Below, in pieces: positions 56,251 to 64,000 of a DNA stretch of 64,000 nt (position 1 is its first letter; each line of letters opens with the position of its first letter). Origin of the DNA: an uncultured Gemmatimonadales bacterium. GTDB lineage: Bacteria; Gemmatimonadota; Gemmatimonadetes; Longimicrobiales; RSA9. The stretch is from positions 320,001 through 384,000 of the forward strand of contig CAWCUS010000001.1 in NCBI GenBank assembly GCA_963798845.1, in the 5' to 3' direction. Both the position numbers and the translations under genes were made by a program. The notes beneath the pieces are model-generated. The model did no database searches and was not told where the DNA came from. It saw only the letters and a list, made by a program, of their open reading frames with translations.

Positions 56251-59200
56251 TCAACCGCCCCCGATCCGCTCGAGCAAAGTCTTCACCGCAGCCTCCAGCT
56301 GATGGTCCCGCCCCAGGTACGTTTCACCGAGCGGGCGCGAGACCGCCACGTCCACGGGCCGCGGGTGCATTTCCATCACCTCGCCATCATGGGCCCGCAC
56401 CCGGGTTCGCGGCATGCGCAGCGTGGAGCCGTCCACCAGGCGAGCGCTCCACGTGTAGATGATCCACCCGGCCGTGGGCTCGCCCACCACCGGTCCCAGG
56501 TCGAGGGCGCGGAATCCCTCGGTGAAGTCCTCGGCATCGGAGAGGGAGTTCATGTCGGTCACGAGCACGGTGGGGCGCTCGAGGGAGCGCTGGCCGAGCA
56601 TGCTCCGCGCGGGAACCGTCGGGTAGCCGCGCACCTCCATGGTGATGTAGCCGCGCCGGGAGAACACATCGAGCGCGTACGCGTTCACGAAGCCGCCGTT
56701 GTTGGCGCGCACGTCCACCACCACGCCCTCCTTCGCGAAGTTGGCGGCGTCCAGGTCCACCAGGAGCTGCTGGAGGGAGCCCCACCCCATGTCCGGCATG
56801 TGGACGTAGCCCAGCCGTCCGCCGCTGATGGAGTCCACGAAGGCACGCCGCCCCTCCACCCACGCGCGGTACGCCAGAGCGCGCTCCCCGGACGTGGACA
56901 CCGGCTGCACGATCACCGCGCGCCCGTTCCGACCCTGCGCGTCCTCCACCGTCAGCGTCACGCGGTCTCCCACCGTGTTCTCCAGCAGCCGGTCGACGGC
57001 GACTCCGCGCCCCAGCGCGACACCCCCGATGTCCATCACCCGCGACCCGGCCGGGATCCCGGCCACGGCCGCAGGTCCACTCGCCAGAGCCTCGGCGACG
57101 ACGAAGCGGCCGTCCGCCAGCGCCGCGGGGTCCCAGCGCACGCCCAGCCGTCCCGTCTCCGCGTGCCCCTCCGACGGCTCGCGGTGGCCCAGGTGGCTGG
57201 CGTTCAGCTCGCCCAGCATCAGGTTCATCAGCCGCTCCAGCCCCGCCGGCGTCTGGGCCGCGGCCACGCGCGGCGCCCACGCCGTTCGGACCGCCTCCCA
57301 GTCGGCGCCGTGCAGCGCCTCATCGAAGAAGTGGTCGCGCATGTATGACCACGCTTCGTCGAACACCTCCGTCTTGTCGGCGTCGAAATCCGTCTCTACC
57401 TCCGCGGTCGCGTCAATGGCGCGGTCCTTTCCGCCCTCCAGCTTCACGGCCCGGAGCCTGCCGCGGTCGAGGAAGAACACATCCTTGCCGTCCTTCCCGA
57501 ACGCCGGCAGACCCTTCGATCCGGGAGACGACGTGAGCTGCCTCGCCACCCGCTCCCCGTCCGCGAGCGGGTCGAGGGTCCACGCGTACAGGTTCTGCTG
57601 GCCCTCTGCCTCGCCCACGAACACCAGCGTCTTGCCGTCCGGGGAGATGGCCAGCGATCCCGCGCTCACGCCCAGCGGGAGCAGCTCCAGCCGCGTCTCG
57701 ATCCCGTCGAACACGATCTGCACCGGCGGCGGCGCGGGTGCGCTGGCGGCGTCCCGTTCACGGCCGCCCTTCTCGCCTCCGCGGGGCCCCGCTTCCGGCG
57801 CGAAGAGGGAGTCGAACTTCGCTTCCCGGTAGACCGGCACGCGCGGCACGAGGTCGACGCGGGCGATCCGCCCGTCCTCGGTGCGCTGCTGCGTGTCGAA
57901 GTAGAGCGCCTTCCCATCCGGAGACCACGCCAGCGACCGCCCGTTGCCGTTGGCCAGGCGACTGACGGCCCGAGCGTCCGCCGAGCCGTCCGACGGCACC
58001 ACGTAGACGTTCGTGAACATGCGGCCGTCCGTGGCGAAGAACGCCAGCCACTTCCCGTCCGGCGACCACGCCACGCCACGGGCCGCGGTGAACGGCGGGC
58101 TCCACAGCTGCGCCCGCGCCACCACCCGCTCCTTTTCCCCGTCCAGCTCCGCCACCACCAGCGCGGTCCCGTCCCGCACGAAAGCGAGCCGCTTCCCGTC
58201 GGGCGAGAAGGCGGGCGAGGCATGGTCGGCCCCTGCGCTCGACAGCGCGCGCTCGTCGCCCGTGGCGAAGTCGAACACGAAGGTGCGCACCGACCCGCCG
58301 CGACGCGACGTGTACGCCAGGCGACGGGAGTCCGCCGCCCACGTCGGCTCCGCCTCCGGCGCCACGGTCCGCGTCACGCGCCGGGCCTGGCCCCCGTCCT
58401 CCGCGGACACGGCGAAGACCTCGCCACGGGCGACGAACGCCACCTTCTTCCCATCGGGCGAGAGCGCCATGTCGGAGAAGTCGGAGGACAGCCGACGCGT
58501 CTGGGTGGACGCGCTCAGGACCTCGCCGGTGAGGGTCACCGGGACGACGGCGGCGTGCCCGCTGGCGACGTCCAGCGTCCAGATGCCGAAGTCACGCTCG
58601 AACGCCACGGTCGCGGCACCCCGGCTCGCAGTGGGCCACAGGACGCGGCCGCGGTCGAAGTTCGTGAGGGGCCGCGCGTCGTCGCCCGAGACCGACTGGA
58701 GCCAGAGGTTCTCGGCGCCCGAGCGGTCCGACATGAAGAGCAACGCTCCGCCGTCGCCGGTCCACATCGGCCACACGCTTTTCTGCCCCTCGGCCGTCAC
58801 CCGCCGGAACGATGGCGCCGCGCTCTCGCCCGGGCCCGGACGAACGAGCCAGATCTCCGACTCGTCGATGTGGCTGTGACCGTTCCGCCACCACTGCGAG
58901 AACGCCATCCGACCGCGGGCCGACACGGCCACCGTCTCGCCGTCGGGCGATGGGGCGGCGAAGAACTCGGCCTGGTACGGGCTGGCGGACACCGGGATCG
59001 GCGTGCCCCCGCCGGCAGCCACCCGGAACACGTCGGTCATTCCGCCCAGGTCCTCCTCGCCGGACGTGAAGTACAGCCACCCGCCGTCGGGCGACCACGC
59101 GTCGAGCGACTCCGCCCCGTCGCCCCACGTCACTCGTGACACCCGACCGCTGGCCCGGTCCAGGACGTAGAGGTCGTCGCTGCCCGCCCGGTCCGAAACG

Positions 59201-59523
59201 AACGCCAGCCGTGCGCCGTCGGGCGAGAAGAGCGGCCGCGAGTCGTTCGCGGCGCCGGCCACGAGCCGGCTCGCCTCGCCACCGGCCGCCGGAACCACCC
59301 AGATGTCCCCGCGCGCCACGAACGCGATCTCCCGCCCGTCCGGGCTGATCCCGGGCTGCGACAGTGCGGGCTGGGCTGCGGCCAGCGGGGCCGAGGCGGA
59401 CGCGGCGGACACTGGGTGCGAAGGCGTCGGGTCGCCAGCGGCCGGGGTCCCGGACTGCGGGGCCGCGATGACAATGACCAGGGCGAGGGCGGCGGTAAGC
59501 GGCTGCACTTTGAGATCCTCCAT
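56251..59523 (-). CDS. Tricorn-like S41 protease (PD40 beta-propellers, PDZ, S41)
   Basis: Many SPDG..AF repeats, FFD..LHGADW, MLGELNASH, GYVHMPDM, DVRANNGG, SLSDAEDF, VGEPTAG, DHQLEAAV. Confidence 0.93.
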   Translation of the reverse strand: MEDLKVQPLTAALALVIVIAAPQSGTPAAGDPTPSHPVSAASASAPLAAAQPALSQPGISPDGREIAFVARGDIWVVPAAGGEASRLVAGAANDSRPLFSPDGARLAFVSDRAGSDDLYVLDRASGRVSRVTWGDGAESLDAWSPDGGWLYFTSGEEDLGGMTDVFRVAAGGGTPIPVSASPYQAEFFAAPSPDGETVAVSARGRMAFSQWWRNGHSHIDESEIWLVRPGPGESAAPSFRRVTAEGQKSVWPMWTGDGGALLFMSDRSGAENLWLQSVSGDDARPLTNFDRGRVLWPTASRGAATVAFERDFGIWTLDVASGHAAVVPVTLTGEVLSASTQTRRLSSDFSDMALSPDGKKVAFVARGEVFAVSAEDGGQARRVTRTVAPEAEPTWAADSRRLAYTSRRGGSVRTFVFDFATGDERALSSAGADHASPAFSPDGKRLAFVRDGTALVVAELDGEKERVVARAQLWSPPFTAARGVAWSPDGKWLAFFATDGRMFTNVYVVPSDGSADARAVSRLANGNGRSLAWSPDGKALYFDTQQRTEDGRIARVDLVPRVPVYREAKFDSLFAPEAGPRGGEKGGRERDAASAPAPPPVQIVFDGIETRLELLPLGVSAGSLAISPDGKTLVFVGEAEGQQNLYAWTLDPLADGERVARQLTSSPGSKGLPAFGKDGKDVFFLDRGRLRAVKLEGGKDRAIDATAEVETDFDADKTEVFDEAWSYMRDHFFDEALHGADWEAVRTAWAPRVAAAQTPAGLERLMNLMLGELNASHLGHREPSEGHAETGRLGVRWDPAALADGRFVVAEALASGPAAVAGIPAGSRVMDIGGVALGRGVAVDRLLENTVGDRVTLTVEDAQGRNGRAVIVQPVSTSGERALAYRAWVEGRRAFVDSISGGRLGYVHMPDMGWGSLQQLLVDLDAANFAKEGVVVDVRANNGGFVNAYALDVFSRRGYITMEVRGYPTVPARSMLGQRSLERPTVLVTDMNSLSDAEDFTEGFRALDLGPVVGEPTAGWIIYTWSARLVDGSTLRMPRTRVRAHDGEVMEMHPRPVDVAVSRPLGETYLGRDHQLEAAVKTLLERIGGG

Positions 59524-59597
59524 CGGATCGTTTGGTCGGGCCGACGGCGGGCTGCGCGCCGGCCGGGGCGCCGGAATTCCTGGAAGCTACCCCGCGC

Positions 59598-60185
59598 TCA
59601 GCGCGACAGCCAGCGGCTGCCGCGCAAGGTGAAGCGGAGCGGGGCTTCGACAGCCCGGTTGATGCCGATGCGGGGCGTCGCCACGATCTCGCCGGGCGCC
59701 ACGGACGGGGCGTCGTGGATGCTGAGCGGCGGGAGGTGGAGGGGGTGGCCATCCAGGGCGCCGGTGATTGCGAGCGCCTGTGTCAGCCGGCCCGGCCCGC
59801 GCGCCAGGTCGCGGTCGGGGGTGCCGCGTCGCCTCCGCACGAGCGACAGGTCGCCCAGCGGCTCGAGCGCCCGGATGAGCACGGCCGCCGGGAACCCCTC
59901 GCGGTCGGTGACCGCATTCAGGCACCAGTGGATGCCGTAGCTACGGTACACGTACGCCGTCCCGGGTACGCCGAACATCGCCTCGTTGCGGACGGTCCGG
60001 CCAATGCGCTCCGCAGCGTGCGACGCCGCGTCCTCCGGGCCGGTGTACGCCTCCGTCTCCACGATCCGGCCCAGCGCCTCGCCATCCACGGTGGAGCGCA
60101 CGACCATCCCGATGAGCTGGCGCGCCACCTCCCGCGCCGGCCTCGCGTAGAAAGCGGGCGGCAGCGGCGCGCCGAGCTCCGTCAC
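59598..60185 (-). CDS. mpg: DNA-3-methyladenine glycosylase (AAG/MPG family)
   Basis: VARQLIG, GRIVETEAY, DAASH, MFG.PG.AYVY..YGIHWCLN, AVLIRALEP, GPGRL, PRIGI. Confidence 0.95.
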   Translation of the reverse strand: MTELGAPLPPAFYARPAREVARQLIGMVVRSTVDGEALGRIVETEAYTGPEDAASHAAERIGRTVRNEAMFGVPGTAYVYRSYGIHWCLNAVTDREGFPAAVLIRALEPLGDLSLVRRRRGTPDRDLARGPGRLTQALAITGALDGHPLHLPPLSIHDAPSVAPGEIVATPRIGINRAVEAPLRFTLRGSRWLSR

Positions 60186-60195
60186 GACCGGCCCG

Positions 60196-62589
60196 TCAGC
60201 TGCGGACGGCTTCTCCGGCGCTCGCGCTCCCCGCCGAGGTGCGCCGGCGATAGTCGCGCTGCCACGCGCTCAGCAGCCCGTCCGTACGTCGGCCGCTGCC
60301 CAGCACTTCGCGCACCCGGTCGGGGTCCGCTTCCAGGCCATTGAAAACGCGCTCGGCGCCGAACGTCTTGATCAGCGCCTCCGCCGTCTTCTGCCCCACG
60401 CCCTGATAGCTGTTGGAGAGGTAGCGGATCACCGCGCCCTCCTCCGTGGGCAACCCCAGATCGTTCGGATCGAACCCGGCCAGCTCCGGCGCCGGCTCCG
60501 CGCCGGCCGCCGGCTCGGTGACGGCGTCCTGCTCCGTCTCGGGCTCCGCCAGGGCTTCCGTGCTCGGCCGCGACCCGGGCGCGGCCGCGCCGTTGTCGTC
60601 CGGCGAGCCTGCCGACGCCGCGGGGCTCTCCGGCCCCACCTCGGGCACCTCCACCGCCTGCGCGGGCTCACTTGCCGCCGGCGACGACTCCTCGGCCACC
60701 TGCGATGCCGCCCCGCCGCCCGTGGCCGCACTGCCCACTACCTGGCCCGGAAGGAGCGGCGGCGGACCGTCGCTCGCGCCAGCACGGCGCCCGCCCCTGC
60801 GACCGTAGCTGCGCGGCTTCTTCTCGCCGGCGCCACCAGCCGCTGCCATCCCGGCCGGCCTGGCCGGAGCCTCCGCGTCGGCCGGCTTCTCCGTCTCGGC
60901 CTCCGTCTCGGCCTCCGGCTCTGACGGCTTCTCCGTCTCGAGCGCCGCCGGCTCGGCCGCCTCTTCGGCCGCCGGCGCCGCGGCTTCCCTCACCGTCTCC
61001 TCACGCTCCGTCGTGGCTCCGGGGCGAGCCCGGTCCTCCGCCGCGGCCGTGGCCTGCGTGGCCGGCTCCTCCCGCTCCTCCCGCTCCTCCCGCTCCTCCC
61101 GCTCCTCCCGCTCCTCCCGCTCCTGCGGCTCCTGCCGCTCTCCGCGCTCCTTGTCGCGCTCCGATCGCTGCGAGCGCTCCCGCCCGCGCGGCCGCTCACG
61201 TGCCTCGCGTGCCTCGCTGCGCTGCTCCTCGCGGCCCCGGTCGCGCTGCTCCGGACGCGACGCAGCGGCCTGAGCGCCCCTGCGGAGACGCGCCTCGTAG
61301 TACCCGTCGGGCGACTTCTGGAGGTCGATGACCTCCACGTCGTGCGCCTGTCGGAGGAAGCGGCTGAACTTCGTGAAGCCGAGCGAGGATTCGTCCCACC
61401 CGGACTCCAGCTCCAGCATCTGGCGCTTGATGTCCGAGTCGCGCGCCGCATCGCCGGTCTGGTTCACCAGCTTCGAGATCGCCTGCTGGAGCAGGTCGTA
61501 GCCGTGCTGGAGGTCCTCCTCCCGGCGCTCGCGCGTGGACGGGTGCGGTTTCGGCCGCTCGGTGCGGGGCGAGCGTTTCGACTCCGCTCGCGGCTCCGAC
61601 CGTGGCTCCCGCTTCGGCTCCCGCTTCGGCTCCGGCCGCGCCGTGGACTCACGCCTCGACTCCGGCTGCCCGGGCTGCTCCGGCTGCTGCTGCTCCGGCT
61701 GCGGCAGCGGTGCGGCCGCCTCGGCCCGGGGCTCGTCGCGGCGATCGCGGCGGCCACGGCCCCGGCGGCGCTCATCGCGCCGGTCGTCCCGGCTCTCGTC
61801 CCGGCTCTCCCGTTCGCCGTTCTCGTACGGCTGGACCTCGTACTGTCCGTTCTCCAGCTTCCGCAACGCAAGCCGGTTCCGGGATGCGGCTTCCGTCAGG
61901 AACTTGTTGAACTTGCTGAACCCGAGCTGGCTCTCGTCGAAATTGCTGTCCAGCTCCAGCATCACCTGCTTCAGCCGGTCGGAGCGCATGACGTCGTTCT
62001 GCGACGCCATCTGCTCCACCGCCCGCTGCGTCAGCTCCCACGGGTCCGTGCGCGACACCACGTCCTCTTCGCCCGCCTTCGTGAGACCGGTGAGGGAGGA
62101 GTAGGAGAAGTACTCGTCGCAGTTCTGGACCAGCAGGTCCGACGCCGATTCACGCAGCCCGACGCCGATGACGTACTTGCCGTACTCCTTCAGCTTCAGG
62201 ACCAGGCTGCTGAAGTCGGAGTCGCCGGAAAGCAGGATGTAGGTCCCGATCTCCGGGCGAGTGAAGACCAGCTCCAGCGCATCGATGGCCAGCCGTATGT
62301 CCGTGGCGTTCTTCTTCGAGCTGCCGTACGCCGGCGCGAAGATCAGGTCCACGCTGGCTTCGCTCAGCGGAACGATGTACTGCGCGTAGCGGCGCCAGTC
62401 CGCGTAGGCGCGCTGCACCGCCACCTTTCCCTTGATGATGTCGCTGTTGAGGAGTTCCTTCAGCTGGCGGGTGAGATCACTGCGGATGCCCATCGTGACG
62501 TTGTCGAAATCGATGAGCAGCGCTGCGTTCGGCGCAACTTCGGGCGCGCCGGCGCCCCCACGATGAGGGGCGTTGATGAAGTTCTGCAT
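60196..62589 (-). CDS. NYN-domain RNase with two OST-HTH/LOTUS domains, low-complexity linkers and an HhH-like C-terminus
   Basis: LLIDFDNV, RAYADW, KNATDIRLAID, LSGDSDFS.LV..LKEYGK.VIGVG, CDEY; two L(D/E)..(F/W)DES.LGF.KF..FL LOTUS motifs. Confidence 0.9.
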   Translation of the reverse strand: MQNFINAPHRGGAGAPEVAPNAALLIDFDNVTMGIRSDLTRQLKELLNSDIIKGKVAVQRAYADWRRYAQYIVPLSEASVDLIFAPAYGSSKKNATDIRLAIDALELVFTRPEIGTYILLSGDSDFSSLVLKLKEYGKYVIGVGLRESASDLLVQNCDEYFSYSSLTGLTKAGEEDVVSRTDPWELTQRAVEQMASQNDVMRSDRLKQVMLELDSNFDESQLGFSKFNKFLTEAASRNRLALRKLENGQYEVQPYENGERESRDESRDDRRDERRRGRGRRDRRDEPRAEAAAPLPQPEQQQPEQPGQPESRRESTARPEPKREPKREPRSEPRAESKRSPRTERPKPHPSTRERREEDLQHGYDLLQQAISKLVNQTGDAARDSDIKRQMLELESGWDESSLGFTKFSRFLRQAHDVEVIDLQKSPDGYYEARLRRGAQAAASRPEQRDRGREEQRSEAREARERPRGRERSQRSERDKERGERQEPQEREEREEREEREEREEREEPATQATAAAEDRARPGATTEREETVREAAAPAAEEAAEPAALETEKPSEPEAETEAETEKPADAEAPARPAGMAAAGGAGEKKPRSYGRRGGRRAGASDGPPPLLPGQVVGSAATGGGAASQVAEESSPAASEPAQAVEVPEVGPESPAASAGSPDDNGAAAPGSRPSTEALAEPETEQDAVTEPAAGAEPAPELAGFDPNDLGLPTEEGAVIRYLSNSYQGVGQKTAEALIKTFGAERVFNGLEADPDRVREVLGSGRRTDGLLSAWQRDYRRRTSAGSASAGEAVRS
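61065..61118. repeat. 9-bp coding tandem repeat (gctcctccc) x6 encoding (ERE)6
   Basis: Read directly from the sequence; protein QEREEREEREEREEREEREEP. Confidence 0.9.
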
Positions 62590-62784
62590 GTCCTCGCGTT
62601 AACCTTCCGTTCGTGTGTTCCAGCGCGAGGCCCCTCGTTGCCGAGGGCGCCGATACAGGACCGGGTGCCGGGCGACGGATGTCGGCCGGCAGCCGGGCCG
62701 CATCGTGCGGCCTCCGGACAACCGAGGAGTCCCGCGACTCGGGCCCCGGAGCCATCCGGCTCGGAGACCCGTTCCGATTGGGTC

Positions 62785-64000
62785 CTACGGTCGGCGGCTC
62801 GATTCCTCGGCGCTGACCATCCGCGCCAGCTCGACCCGCCGGACCTTCCCGCTCCCCGTCAAGGGGAACGAATCGAAGAAGCGGACCAGGTCCGGGACCT
62901 TGAAATCCGCCAGCGCGCTCCGGCACCAATCCCTGATTTCCTCGCCGGTGATGATGGCGCCTTCGACGGGCACCACGCACGCGCAAACCTGCTCGCCGAG
63001 AACCTCGTGCGGCAACCCGACCACGGCCACGTCCATCACGGCCGGGTGGGCGTGCAGTCGGTCCTCGACTTCACGGGGGTAGACGTTGAAACCCCCGCGG
63101 ATGATCAACTCCTTCCGTCGGCCCACGAGGTGGAGATAGCCCTCCTCGTCGATCATGCCCAGGTCTCCGGTCTGGAAGTACCCGGCCTCGTCGAACGCGT
63201 GGGACGTCTCCCCGGGCTGACGGTAGTAGCCTTTCATCACGCCGGGGCCTCTTACCCCGATCTCCCCAAGACTTTCCACCGGCAGCACGCTGCCGTCGAA
63301 GTCCAGGATCCTGACATCAATGGAAGGGAGCGGCTTCCCCACCGTGAACACCTTCTTCTCATCGGGGTCGCTCGGCTGCGTCATGGCCACGGTGGACGCC
63401 GTTTCCGTGAGGGAATAGGCGACGCACAGCTCCGGACACAGCTCCGCTCTGATGCGGCGGACCAGGTCATCCCCGACCGGCGCGCCCGCCACGATTCCCG
63501 CGCGCAGCGAGCTCAGGTCGTAGGACCGCTCCTCCAGCTCCCGCAGCTCGGTGATGAACACCGTGGGCACGCCGTAGTGCACGGTCGCGCGGTGCTCCTC
63601 GATGAGCGACAGCGCGGCCGCAGGCTCGAACGTCTCCTGCAGCACCAGCGTCGCGCCGGCAATCAGCGTGCCGAGAATGCCCGGGCCGAGCCCGAACACG
63701 TGGAAAACCGTGGTGACGCCGAAGACGACGTCGTCGTGGCGCAGCCCGATGGCGTCCGCCGTGGCGGCCGCCGTTTCCAGCAGGTTGGCGTGTGTGAGGG
63801 CCACCCCCTTCGGCTTTCCCATCGTGCCGGAGGTGTAGAGGATGGCGAAGACCTCGTCCGCGGCGGTGGGGGCGGGCTCGAACGCGCGGCTCTCGCCGCT
63901 GGAGAGCAGATCTTCGAACTGGTAGATCCGGTCGTCGTACCAGAGGTCCGCCTCGCCGACCGTGACCAGGTACTGCAGCTCCGGCAGCGAAGTCAGGAAG
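62785..64000 (-). CDS. Class I adenylate-forming enzyme (long-chain acyl-CoA synthetase-like), 5'-truncated by window
   Basis: ILYTSGTMGKPKGV, FHVFG, AYSLTET, GPGVMKGYY, TGDLG..DEEGYL..VGR.KELIIRGG.NVYP.EVE, TGSGKV; frame is open to the window edge. Confidence 0.92.
   Translation of the reverse strand, partial: FLTSLPELQYLVTVGEADLWYDDRIYQFEDLLSSGESRAFEPAPTAADEVFAILYTSGTMGKPKGVALTHANLLETAAATADAIGLRHDDVVFGVTTVFHVFGLGPGILGTLIAGATLVLQETFEPAAALSLIEEHRATVHYGVPTVFITELRELEERSYDLSSLRAGIVAGAPVGDDLVRRIRAELCPELCVAYSLTETASTVAMTQPSDPDEKKVFTVGKPLPSIDVRILDFDGSVLPVESLGEIGVRGPGVMKGYYRQPGETSHAFDEAGYFQTGDLGMIDEEGYLHLVGRRKELIIRGGFNVYPREVEDRLHAHPAVMDVAVVGLPHEVLGEQVCACVVPVEGAIITGEEIRDWCRSALADFKVPDLVRFFDSFPLTGSGKVRRVELARMVSAEESSRRP

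Noticed and set aside
61065..61118. (ERE)6 repeat as a phase-variation switch
   Set aside because: The 9-bp unit keeps the frame and lies in a disordered linker, so it would give length polymorphism only.
1..64000. tRNA, rRNA, integrase, transposase, prophage or defence-island genes
   Set aside because: None was recognised by eye or in the ORF track; content is consistent with core chromosome.

Overview
This is a very GC-rich bacterial chromosomal window, densely coding (about 56 genes), with no rRNA, tRNA, CRISPR or recognisable mobile element. The gene repertoire (ADOP permease, M14/M28/S41 peptidases, paired 'MxxFTxxxGRxW' microproteins) suggests Gemmatimonadota, which is an inference only. 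Housekeeping content: holB, moaC, guaB, acs, glnA, fabI, etfAB plus ETF-QO, mpg, a tungstate ABC-fdhD-mobA-moeA cluster, and several peptidoglycan enzymes. Best leads: (1) a ~175-nt structured leader with mutually exclusive terminator and long-range helices in front of an ANTAR regulator plus degenerate HisKA_2 kinase operon that converges on glnA; (2) a NYN-2xLOTUS RNase with a RecD2-like helix-hairpin-helix tail and a hairpin-rich leader; (3) four sigma54-like -24/-12 promoters on stress-type genes, including a GGQ-less aeRF1-like (Balon-like) protein; (4) egtD without egtB/C in the window, divergent from a betaine/ergothioneine-type ABC importer that has a coupled 34-aa leader ORF; (5) a 21-bp tandem repeat built on the GCGNAGC mini-hairpin; (6) kb-scale C-to-G skew flips at promoter regions. 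Two single-base-duplication frameshifts look like sequencing error.
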